From: Phoronis australis
Taxonomy: Eukaryota; Animalia; Phoronida
Length of the DNA stretch: 64,000 nucleotides
NCBI GenBank assembly: GCA_002633005.1
Contig: NMRA01000203.1
Location: 639,408-703,407 of the forward strand
Direction of reading: 5' to 3'
Shown: positions 38,301 to 48,995 of the stretch, piece by piece
Numbering within the stretch: position 1 is the first letter of the stretch
Layout: each line of letters starts with the position of its first letter
Translations under genes and position numbers: made by a program
Notes under the pieces: model-generated
What the model saw: only the letters and a program-made list of their open reading frames with translations
Told to the model about the DNA's origin: nothing
Databases searched by the model: none

Positions 38301-39781
38301 CTAAATTTGCTTTTCTTGTTCACCTCACAGAAAAGTGGTATCAGTGTCAAAACCTCCATGACTTTAATTTGCACCAAGATTTTAATTTACTATTTTTTTA
38401 AAATGTGAAGAGCGAAATAGTTTTGCCAGAATTTTACACCCAACTTAGGATGATTATTTTTCGCGCGTGTTAAACTGATGAATATTGCAAATGTGCAATG
38501 TCTTTTTCCACCACTTGGAATTCACAAACGAATGCTGAAATAACATTTCGTGTCTTGCTTACACCAATTAGCTATAGTTTGTTCTTGAACAAGGAAAATC
38601 CAATATCTGTCGTAGACTTGTGCACGTTTTACAGACAGAACAACAACGCGGAGGATATTGCTCCAATTATATGGCTTTTTCATGTTTTGATAAAACAACT
38701 TCAAGAAGTGGGAGATGGCCTTGTTCCTGCCCCCACCTTCCCTTACGCTTCTTGGGAAACCCCACTTTTTAAGTGGATAATACTAAAAGGGATCGTTATG
38801 GGCAAAAACACCAAAGTAGCACTTAGTATATCGATGAAGATTAACATTTGCCAATTGATGGCGTACAATACGAGAAAATACCGGACCTTCTCGGTAAGTG
38901 GTGAATATCTCACATGCGGAGGATCGAAGTTTCCCGCCGTTTGCTTCAGGTTTGGCAGACGACACCATGTCTTGCAGAAATTATAAGTCGGCGGTAGTTG
39001 TTGAAGTGTTGCTTTAAATTATTAAGTAAGATTAGGAAAGAGTAAGTGCTTACACTCAAAACGGGCGGGCTTCATCTTGTGCCTGAGATAAGTGTTTCAT
39101 AATTATTTGGGATATTCTTAATTTTAGTCTTGCCAGGAAATATTTCAACTAACGAAAATGCACTCATATTTCCAGATTGTGCTCGCCTCTCTGACCATGT
39201 TTCTTCTCGCCTGGGGCCCGTACGCCACTGTCCACATTCTCATCACAATGGGAGTCAAGTGGCCCGTACAGGTGATAGCAGTCGTAACCCTGTTGGCAAA
39301 ATCACAAAGTGCGTTCAACCCAATCATCTTAGCCACTGGCAAAGTGGAAATTCGTATGGCAATAAAACAATTATGCTGTCCGACGACGGAGGAGAATAGC
39401 ATCACAGCAAGGCAACAATGTCCGAGTAGAAATCCAATGGTTCTCCACGGTCCATTGTCGACCGTGATACCGTGCACAATGTTTCACGATCAAATACAAT
39501 TCACAAAAAGGATGTCCAGTGAAGAACTGCTGTATTCCGAACACGGCTGCTCTTTAAAAACCAGCGTGCGCAGTTCAAAAGCTGCAAACGTGAGGCTATA
39601 TTCTGAAACAAACGTCTCGACTATCTCGATCAGCCATTATACATTCATACCGGCCCCGTCAGTGTCATCTTTCTTGTCATTACGTCAAACACTGGAAACA
39701 CGACAGAAGAGCAACTCAGAGCCGACCCTTTCTGACTGGCCACACACCACTGACGTGTCTATTGACATTGCAGAAAATTGA
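32225..39781 (+). CDS. opsin, tetraopsin (Go-opsin/peropsin/neuropsin)-like; join(32225-32300,33468-33630,[missing exon],37160-37497,39176-39781)
   Basis: GT-AG-bounded exons encode TM1 (GN), TM2 (NMALSD), TM4-ECL2 (PLVGWGRYDYEPYGTACSLHW), TM5, TM6 (AWGPYA) and TM7 with the retinal lysine (LLAKSQSAFNP). Phases are compatible except across the absent TM3 exon. Confidence 0.92.
32318..32584 (-). mobile_element. MITE family A in opsin intron 1
   Basis: Ends cgtgcgtgcaccctgcc ... ctgagtgcgagcatg. TSD TAATA at 32313-32317 and 32585-32589. Confidence 0.85.
33468..33630 (+). CDS. opsin coding exon 2 (TM1-TM2)
   Basis: ttttcag| (A)LISVIGNVLLVSSFVKMGEWRSGVNFFIINMALSDILCSGFMYILAALSSLNR(R) |gtaag, phase 2. 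Confidence 0.92.
34725..35001. repeat. 21-bp palindromic minisatellite (>=13 copies) running into the assembly gap
   Basis: Unit taactGGATGGTgACCATCCc. Capitals mark the 7-bp inverted repeat in each unit. Confidence 0.95.
35002..35975. other. assembly gap (974 N)
   Basis: Run of N. Confidence 1.
37160..37497 (+). CDS. opsin exon (TM4-ECL2-TM5-ICL3)
   Basis: gttcttcag| HRIRGSTKYLVVANSLSWLAGLLFASLPLVGWGRYDYEPYGTACSLHWDT...LPLTITFYSYVRV...EMQAMK |gtatt. Contains the E181 and C187 equivalents. Confidence 0.93.
38103..38258 (+). mobile_element. hAT-type MITE with 8-bp TSD in last opsin intron
   Basis: TIR cagtgctgttgtgg / ccactacagcactg. Perfect TSD GCCACATT at 38095-38102 and 38259-38266. Confidence 0.9.
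39176..39781 (+). CDS. opsin last exon (TM6-TM7, helix 8, long Ser/Thr-rich tail)
   Basis: tttccag| IVLASLTMFLLAWGPYATVHIL...LLAKSQSAFNPIILATGKVEIRMAIKQLCC... K296 codon at 39299-39301. Confidence 0.93.
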   Translation: MVLASLTMFLLAWGPYATVHILITMGVKWPVQVIAVVTLLAKSQSAFNPIILATGKVEIRMAIKQLCCPTTEENSITARQQCPSRNPMVLHGPLSTVIPCTMFHDQIQFTKRMSSEELLYSEHGCSLKTSVRSSKAANVRLYSETNVSTISISHYTFIPAPSVSSFLSLRQTLETRQKSNSEPTLSDWPHTTDVSIDIAEN

Positions 39782-40313
39782 TATCAATTTCTGTCACAGT
39801 TGACTCGTGATTTTTCCGCTGTAAGGGAAATACAGAGAGAAACTGCACGATAACCTAGGAATAGACTATTTTTGAAATTTATGCATGGTTCACATTCCAA
39901 TACGAAAACAAGGCTTGAACAGTCTAAAACAATCTCGTCTGACTAGACCAGCCGTTCGATTTGAACTCGTGTATCTAACTGGTGACATTTTAAGGGATTG
40001 TTGGTGTATTCATGTATGCATAAGGATTCATATAATAAAAACTGCACTTATTCATGCCTGTGCTGTCAGTTCTTGAAACGCACATGACCACAACGTTGCC
40101 GCGGCGACAGCTGCAGAGTAAAGGATTAACATCTTGCCTCCAAGAGTTACTGCGAACTGAACTTCTGGTCACGATTTGTCCTCTGCAAAGTTGTCACGAA
40201 CTCCCCAGTGGTTAACTAGCTTTACCAGAGATTCTTCATAAAGTACACTAAGCGACAACGATTACTTTAAATCACTTTTTGTTCCCGAAAAAGTGCCCAT
40301 GGGCGCTGTTTCT

Positions 40314-40446
40314 CACGGGCGGCGCAGCACTGAAAAAAGTGGAGCTATAGCCCCAGCACCCCTGTGGTGCAACGCTCATAGACCATGGACACTGAAAAAA
40401 GATAGGGGCTATAGCCTCCCCAGCTCCCTACGGTGCGCTGCCCGTG
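40314..40446. mobile_element. small MITE with internal duplication
   Basis: TIR cacgggcggcgca / tgcgctgcccgtg. Flanks tttct / tttgt (imperfect 5-bp TSD). Confidence 0.6.
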
Positions 40447-41189
40447 TTTGTTCCTTTTTTCAAAATTAAAAAGCACCCATGAACATTTGATAATGGGCGT
40501 TTGGTAGGAAATTTCCAGTGATCACGTGTCACGAACGTTGCGATCTCGGTGACCGATTTCTTTGCTGGAAAAGCAGAAGACTTGTGCAGCAAACGATGAT
40601 TAGTAGTTGATTGGTTTTCATTAAACCGTCCGTAGCGCCGCACCAAGTGAATGTCAATCATGTGTAAGAAGTTTGTGTTGAGTTGACCGCAAATCAGAAT
40701 TTTAGTAAGCAGATCGATCAAACCCATTTCGTTCTAGGAGAACGATTCTAGTTTACAGGTCCCGGAACCACATATATACCTGGCTGGGTATTTTTAACAT
40801 GCTTGGATCCACTCCTTTAACGGAAAACGAGAAACGAGGGACGAGAAAACTAAACCACGGACCCAGAAGTGACGAACCCTGTTGATTCATTTTGCGAACA
40901 ACATTGCTTCACAATGAATTTAGCGACAGTCTTTCTCCGTATACTGTTAGAACAGCACTTATCGTTTTAGATACAAAATAATCAAAAGCACTGTCTTAGA
41001 TGTAAAATTCACTTGATAATTGTCTGAAAGGCTAATTTGGGGCTTGGGTATCGCTTTGTATTAGCAATTGGAATGTTGGAAACAATCCCTTATGCTGTCC
41101 AAGTCTTGATTCAGACAGAGATTATGATACATGAATCCTATATTCGGTTGTAGTATCGAAGGAATGCACGCACATACAGGTACTTGAAG

Positions 41190-41506
41190 CAGTGGCGGAT
41201 CTAGGATATCGATAAGGGGGCAACGTTTTTTCTCGGGGGAATCGTGCAAAGCACGACTGCGCTGGCGCACCCAGCCTAAAATATAGGGGGGGCTCGAATT
41301 TCTGAGGATGTCCACGACTAAAAAAAACGGGAAACCGATTGTGACGGCAGCGGACTGACACTTGCAATCGGGTCTGAGCCACGCCCACCCACACGCACAC
41401 ACTAACTGAAACTGTACACATTGTTAAATCTGGTTTCAGCAGCATGTTAATTACCGGGGTAAGTATATAATGAACTCAATATTTCCTCCCCCTAAATCCG
41501 CCAATG
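41190..41506. mobile_element. MITE family B (TIR CAGTGGCGGATCTAGG), 5-bp TSD
   Basis: cagtggcggatctagg ... cctaaatccgccaatg. TSD TGAAG on both sides. Contains a family-A terminal fragment (gcgcacccagcctaaaa, ~41265). Confidence 0.85.
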
Positions 41507-43150
41507 TGAAGGAAAATTGGGGGAGAGCACGGGAGACGGGTCATGAGAGGAAGACTGGACGGCTCTCCTCAAAACATTTTCAGAATTTACACGTGTTAAT
41601 GTGAATTTCTGTTCATTTCAGTGGTACCATGTCACAATTTTGAACTAAAATTGAACTCCAGAAATCACAAAAATCCTTGTTCACGAATGTCAGTATCCTG
41701 AGTATCGTAATTCGTTACATATCATATTGTACACGGTCATCAAAATTGGTTGTTTCGACCACATGTCTCATTGATGCAACTGAGCTTCGCATGCGGTTTT
41801 CATGTCCAGTTTTATTAATTTTCCTCGTGAATAGATGACAGTCCCGGATGCAAACGGGCCACTGCTCCCGACTAAGGGAGAATTACAAAATATGAAATGC
41901 GCGCTGCCAAAAATACTGCAATATGAAACACTATATCACTTAAAAATGGAAAAGGGTGAAAGGGTAAGAGTTGATTCCATCATCAGATCACTTTACTTTA
42001 ATGTAAATGTTCGTAGAATTTCACAAAAACAGGATAAAATCAGACAATCGATTGCATCATTGCCCCCCCCCCCGCAAGTGCAGGACCTTATCGACATGAC
42101 TGTAAATTTTGATAACCATCTATCTACACAATTATAGAATCTAACTGAGCAAAAATATATATTTTCGGAAAGAAGAGTGCCCGTGCAATTTGATTTTTGA
42201 CTTTATACCAATCTGTCGTTAATTAGGTCACATGACCATGCTTTTTAATAAAATTGAGCAAGAAAGGTACATTCATACCAAACAGCAAGATCAATAGCAA
42301 ATTTCGTATGATACACCGCGGCCAACCCGCGATCAACAACGCCCGGAAGGCCATCGAGAACGAAACTGCATCAAAATGGCAGACGACAGTAACTTAACTG
42401 GTGAGTTTAAGTGTCATTTTCTTCTTAAATACAGGCTACTTTGGTACGAATGCGACACACAGAAAAGCGTCAGAGTGTAGCCTTTGTTGCAGATCTGAAA
42501 TAATACTTGGCTTTTGCCTACTTTTATAAAATAAAGAGCTTGTGCCTCGTAAAATCGACAATTTCTACCTGTTAAAAGCAATTCTGGGGTTCTTAAGTAG
42601 AGACGTGTGCCATTTATAGTTTAATCGTCCCTGGTGACACCTTTATTAATTACGATTTGTGAAACAGTTCGAGACATTTACGAATACAAGCATGTCCTTG
42701 TGTGAGACGGTGATCAGAAGCGAAGTGCTTAATTCTCTATGGCGATCGTGAAGGCAAAAAAGCGATTGTGAACTCACATTTTTTCTCTTTGATTGGCCTG
42801 AATAGCTGTTCAAGTTACGGTATTATGTCAATAATTTTAGAATAGTGCGGACCCTGAATTAGTTGATTGGTGTATCATTAATTATTTTTCACCGTTTTTC
42901 ATGATTTCTTTGTTGAATTTAGCTTAAGAAATATAACTAAGTGCGTTTGATTTTTTTCGGTTGAACTGTAGCTACACGACGAGTCCTTCAGGGTGTTAAC
43001 GTCCACACCTTCAAAAAATAGTACAACTGCTGCATGTAACAACGGAGCGTGTGTATGTAGGTATTTCGTGGAGCGTCGTTCAGGAACTAAGAAATCGACT
43101 TAATATGACCACATGGCAACAAAGCACTACAGCAAGCAAGACCTTTACCA

Positions 43151-44158
43151 CATAGGCGGATTTAGGGGGGGGGGGGGCCAGGGGGCCCGGACCCCCCTTG
43201 GTTGCCGCAAAAAATATAACAGCAAGAGCGTAGGGAAATGTTGAGTTTATTAATTAACCCCGATAATTAAAATTATACGGATGAAACAAGATTTAAATGT
43301 GTGCAGTTTTAGGGTTGGGGTGGGGGGCTCAGATCCAATTTCAAGTGTCAAATTCGGAACGCGGCTTATTCGTAACGGAAGTATGGCTAAGTATAGGCTC
43401 TCCCGCGATATCCCAGGCGACCGGCAGTGGCACTGCGCACTACGACTCCGTTTCCGTGGTCTGCTTCACTGTGCAATGAAGAAAATTTACTTCGTTTTTT
43501 AAAGAAAATGGAACCTGAGTGACGATGAAAAAACAGAATCTGCTGGTAAGATGTGAATTTAAATCGAAGCCTTAGTGAATCACTCAGAAACTCATAATTC
43601 TCTCTTTGTCAAACTGACTTTTAAGTCTTAAAAGACGATTTCCTAAGCAACCCGTCATTATTGCCAACACGAAAAACGGATTTGGTCTTTTGGGCATTTG
43701 AAGAGTATTTTAAATACAACAAATTTGTTAAGAACCGATTGCACAAAATATAAAACGTGTAATAAACATTACAAAAAGAAGTAGGTTTCGAGCGCAAACG
43801 CTATGGATCATAAACTAGGTTTCTTAGTACGACTTTAGCAGAGAAGTCGTGGTCGTGTAGTGGTAACGCACGCGCGCGCTAACCGCCAGGTCGCGAGTTC
43901 GAGTCTCTGGTACGTGCAGTTTTTCCTGATTTGATACGTTCTTCGTGTTTTTCTTTCTTGGATAATTCTTCAGGAATCAAGGAAAATGCTTGATTTTTGG
44001 AGGAAAAAACAGAAAAATTTCCCTCGCGAGAGGGGGGCAAACACCCCTCCCGACCTCCCCCCTTCGGTGCTATGCGCATCTACAATCGTGGTTTGCGCAA
44101 ATGCTTACAGCCGGACAAAATGTTGGGCCCCCCTTGTGATATCCTAGATCCGCCACTG
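43151..44158. mobile_element. 1-kb non-autonomous family B element, 5-bp TSD
   Basis: cataggcggatttagg ... cctagatccgccactg. TSD TACCA at 43146-43150 and 44159-44163. Confidence 0.85.
43846..43915 (+). mobile_element. tRNA-derived SINE head / tRNA-like remnant
   Basis: A-box-like ggtcgtgtagtggtaa and B-box gagttcgagtc at tRNA-like spacing. It does not fold into a full cloverleaf. Confidence 0.55.
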
Positions 44159-44792
44159 TACCAGCCCCATGACTGACGTGTTGCACGCGTCAAGCTTTTT
44201 GCCTACATAAGAAAACACAGCATGCTCAGGAACCAAGTCGATTCCGTGTCTAATCTGCGATCAATGTTTCACGGAAAGCGTGAGCCTGACACGACACATT
44301 GCGTCACAGTACGATGACACTCCTTTTCGTGGTGAATGTGGCATGTCATGCAAACAGTATGCCTCCTTCTACAGGTATAAGAAGCAGAAACGTCATGAAT
44401 GAAATCATTAAGTCCAGTGGTGAAGGTTGTTAAGTCGCTATAGTTTATTTAGATTTACAGAGTTTATGGTTGGTAGTTTCTAATGTGATAGTATTTTGAC
44501 GTTTTGTTTTGAACCTTTTTTCCTCAAGTTTCTTTCCATATTTGTGTTATTTCAACAGGATCTTTAACAGAACCAGTGCATTTTTGTAGATTTAATGATC
44601 ATACTAAGTGTCATTGGGTAGAACGTTCATACAATAGTTTTGGCCCGTTAGTATTTTAAAAGAAAATATGTCTATGATTATTGTAGAAATTGCTTTCATA
44701 TTGTTGTTGATTTCCTGTGAGAGACTTTAATACTGTTCATTTCCGGCAAGTACGTCGATCGTCTGCTAATCGTGGTCGGCTGTTGTGAGGTC

Positions 44793-44933
44793 GGGTGTGC
44801 GTTCAGTAGCGCTAGGATGTAGGTAAAATCTACCCACAATCACGTGTTCTCGTTGAAAATACAAGGCAATATTTCACGTAATCTCGCGAAGTCTTCCTTT
44901 TTATCGAGGTCCTGGCGTTAGTGAATGGGAGGC
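44793..44933. mobile_element. ~145-bp MITE (PIF/Harbinger-like ends)
   Basis: gtgcgttcagtagcgctagga ... tcctggcgttagtgaatgggaggc. Homologous to 61593-61737 and 61956-62100. Confidence 0.65.
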
Positions 44934-46276
44934 GGGTGCTTGGCCACAGGCGAAATGTAAAGGACTAAGTTTCCAGCACTGACGTTTGAATTTTGCAATT
45001 ACATGACCAGCAGCATTGCCAAAAGTACTCACGATACCAACAGTTCTATTACTGGAAGAGTCTGAACAGCGTTTCAATGTCGAAATTATTTTTGTTTGTT
45101 GTACTAGACAGTAAAATAGATAAGAGAATATCCCGTCACAATAGGAGGCACAGAACAGTTCTCATAGGGGATTGTCAATCAGATTACACGTCAATGGACT
45201 CGTCACCCTTTCTTCACTCTGTAAAAAACTGCATGCAAAGAAAGAAATGTTTCGAGTCACTTCACTTCGCAAGCCCTACATATGAGCACAGAAACTTTGT
45301 TCTCTCTTGTTTTTTACAATTTTAGGCCTACTGCTACTGAAAACCAAGCTAGACTAAAAAATGGGGGCAAAAAACGAAAAATCGGCACTTTTCACCCCAA
45401 AACCACCACTTCCCTGCCAATGCGCAACACTAGATTCCGAAAGCAAATTTCCAACCAATTCCAAAAATGTGATCCCAAAGTACTGTCAACCAACTAGTTT
45501 TTTTTGCAAATCTGGCCTACCTGAAATCGCTGCCAATTTCTCAGTCGCTACAACGCAAATGCACAATTGCAAAAGGGGGCCGCCATCTTGAAGAAGAATG
45601 CAGCTACAACCGAGCGGGTGGTCTTTTTTCATTCTCAACATCTTCACAAATACAAAAAAAAATAAAACATTCACTTGGCCTACATGCAATATCTAACCAG
45701 AAAATGCTCCCAAGCCTGGCCTACCCCTAGATTTTAATATGTTGGCAGCAGGCTAACTGTTCAGTGCCACCATACACTAACCGGAAACTGAAATTGGTAA
45801 TTTAGGATATTTCGCAAGAAAATGTCGAAGTTGCAAATCTGTTGTTTATAATGCATGATAAAATTAAATTCTTGCATAATAGTTATAGAAAACTTGATTC
45901 CACTAACAATATGGCTCTTTTCGTAAACGTTGCTAAATATCTTTCTTAGCGGAATCATTTGCTTAAACTGACATAGCTTAAAATGCCTCATTTGTACACC
46001 GTCTGAATTACTTATTGGCAAGATACTGTACAACAGTAACGTACGTATATATTAAAATTTATATGTCTATCCATTTTTAAATTTATAGTGGTAGTCTTGT
46101 ATACTGCAGTTATGGCTGCATTTGTATATATATAAATTATTACATGGCGAAGTCGTTATCCCACGTTGTCTAGAGCCCGAGTGGATTTTGGAGAATTTTC
46201 GCCCGAGGGGCGTTAATATAAGTGTATTTATAGTATCTCTATATACTACATATGTACGTTCGTCTCTGTGCGCGTT

Positions 46277-46281
46277 TGTGT

Positions 46282-46331
<50 letters not shown>

Positions 46332-46336
46332 GTGTG
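46277..46336. repeat. (TG)n microsatellite
   Basis: Direct reading. Confidence 0.97.
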
Positions 46337-47677
46337 AGCGCGTGTGCGTATTTGTAATATTTTTGAAGCTCAGGTATAATGCTTTCTTGCCTTTTCTGGG
46401 CTTAACTCTTATTATAGTACATTTCACAATTTTTCGTAATAAACATGATAAAAAAGGTTTTGTGTTTCTGACAGCCTGACTGAAAATTTTAGGAGCAGGG
46501 ACATCTAGGAATTTATTGGAACAAAAAGATGAATTTTCAGGAACATTTTCCGAAAAAGGGAGATTTTAGAGAAGGAAGGTTCTAGTAGCGTATCGTCCCG
46601 GATTCACGGTTAAATATTCTACACAGTGTTGAGCGGCTTTCAAAGCTCACATCAGATAAGTAAAACTGAATTTCTTCAGTGACGCAGGTTTTGCTGTGGA
46701 AAAGCATTTATTACTTATTCAGAGATAGACATTGAATACCAGACATCATGCTGCTCCGCCTGTACTCAGGATCAGGGCTGTGTTTGAACAGTAAACTGAC
46801 AACCTTCCAAACTCACGCTACTTGCCAAGTGCTAGTGTTTGTGTCTCGAGGCGTTTTCATTTAAGTGCCGGGAGGAAAATCTAGCCGCTGCACGTATCTC
46901 ACAGAAACAGGTGAACGCGAAAATTGTTATGGAATCCACATTAGCAAAAAAAAAACTATGAAATACATGGACTTTTTTATATTACTTATGGGAGTGTAGC
47001 GCACGTGACGCACGGATGTGAGAGTTATTCATGGCCAGATTAACCGCGAAAGGGCGGGCCAGCCGTCTACAAGGGTTCGATTTAAGCTTATCTTATACTT
47101 TTGAGGAGTCTAAAGACGTTTTTTCAATTTTAATTGACAAAATTAGTGTTACGTAGAGTTTATGCCTCCCATTTATCAAAAGAATTACATATTACTGGGA
47201 ACCTGTAAGCCAAGAGTGACTTTCAGTGACTAAGTCGGAAATGGGTCTCTTAAATTTAATCGCCATTCCTCTGTCAAATGGTGGATTTTATAGTGACGAC
47301 TTTCAAATGACATAAATCGATGATGCGTCGGTAATTTATCTAGAACTTAAACTTTAAAAAAATGTACAAAGTAGCTACACCAGTCCCGGCGCGGCCAACA
47401 GATGGGTTAAAGCACTACGATTCAGAAGTAGATAAATCCTCAGAATATAAATAGTACAAACTAAGAGTGCCAAAGGCGTCATTTAGTCACATCAGCTTTC
47501 GACAACTGTCATCAACACATAGACATGTTATTTGCAAAAAACAAACACGTGACGAGCCAGAGGTTTATAAAGCCACTGCTGTAACCACTTATGAGGGCAA
47601 ATTTGTATTGATTTTTTGATATCACGAACCAATGTATTTTACAAAAGACTCCATGTTTAAATTGTACATTTTACATA

Positions 47678-48995
47678 ACAAGAGCAACGCGGAGCGTCGC
47701 AATGCGCCCACGAATGCATTGCAAATGATGTACATTTAGGGTTATTTATTTGTATCATAAAAATGGCCACTAGATGGCGCAAAAACATACAATCCATCCA
47801 AAAACAGGAACATGCCATATTTCATAAAATCTGTCAAGGAACTTCACAGAAACAAAGGAAAACAGAATAAAATGAAATTGCCACTAGTGGGCACAGTGTC
47901 CGTTGGATCCGCCTGAAAGTCGTCGTCGTCTGTTGTTATCTTCATATAAATACACTTACTAAATTTAATAAAGATCCTGCAGTGGGTTTAGGAGATACAA
48001 TTATGGGCGCAAAACAAAACTACCACTAGGAGGCGCCACAGTAGTCAGACTCACTATCATCACAGGTCGTCTTCACACTGAGAACATATATGGCAATTTT
48101 CAAATGATTTGGTTGATACAGGGGTGGACGCCAAAACCAAGATTTGAAAACAGCAAAAGTGGCGCAAAATACCTCGATTCCATCCAAAAACAGAAAGATA
48201 GCGTCATCACACCAATAGATGCCTACATTTAAAATTTTATGAAAATCTGTTGAGGACCTTTGAAGATACAGAGTTAAACGTAAAAAACTAAAATTGCCAC
48301 TAGGGGCACAGCAGTAGTCAGATCTGTCCGAAAGTCGTCGTCGTCCGTACTCAACATCATATAAATACACTTGCTAAATTAAGTAAAGATCCTGCAAACA
48401 GTTTAGGAGATACAGCCATGAGCGCAAAAATGCCACTAGGAGGCGCCCCAGTAGTCGAAGTCGTCAGAAAATCATCGTCAGCCGTCCACTTCATAGTAAA
48501 AACATACATGCCAATTTTTACAATTGTCCTGAGAGGAGATACATCTATAGGTGCAAAAAAAACTGCCACTAAGAGGCGCCACAGTAGTCAAAGTCGTCGA
48601 AAATCCTCGTCAGATGTCCACTTCAAAGTAGGAGCATACATGCCAATTTTCACAATCATCCTTTGAGCGGTTTGGTTGATAGAGGGGTGGACGCAAAAAA
48701 GCAGTAAAAACGGCCACTAGGTGGCGCAAACTACGTCGAATCCATATGAAAACCGGAGGATAGCGTCATCTCACTAATAGGTGCCTACATACCAAATTTC
48801 ATGAAAATCCGTTAAGGACTTTTGAAGATACAAATGTAAGCGTAAAAAACTAAAACTGCCACTAGGGGGCACACCGGTAATCGGACCCGTCCAAAAGTTC
48901 GCTCATGCCGTCCTGAAAGGAAAATATGTGCCAAATTTCATGAACGTATGTCAAAGGGTTTTGGAGATAGAGCACCGGACGTCGGACGGAGATGA
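47678..48995 (+). repeat. interspersed element with internal ~140-bp higher-order tandem cores (HINE/pearl-like)
   Basis: Starts acaagagcaacgcggagcgtcgc. Repeated blocks aaaa(t)tgccactag.../ccaaatttcatgaaaatc. Ends near a ggacg-type microsatellite remnant. A homologous copy lies at 52540-53740. Confidence 0.7.

Larger units (their letters stand above)
43020..44402 (+). pseudogene. degraded C2H2 zinc-finger array interrupted by the 43151-44158 element
   Basis: YDHMATKHYSKQDLY lies before the insertion. After it: IPCLICDQCFTESVSLTRHIASQY DDTPFRGECGMSCKQYASFYRYKKQKRHE*. Several Cys/His ligands are mutated and there are stops and frameshifts. Confidence 0.6.

Noticed and set aside
43846-43915. 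Functional tRNA gene
   Set aside because: A and B boxes are present, but the acceptor and anticodon stems do not pair and it lies inside a transposon. Kept only as a SINE-like remnant.
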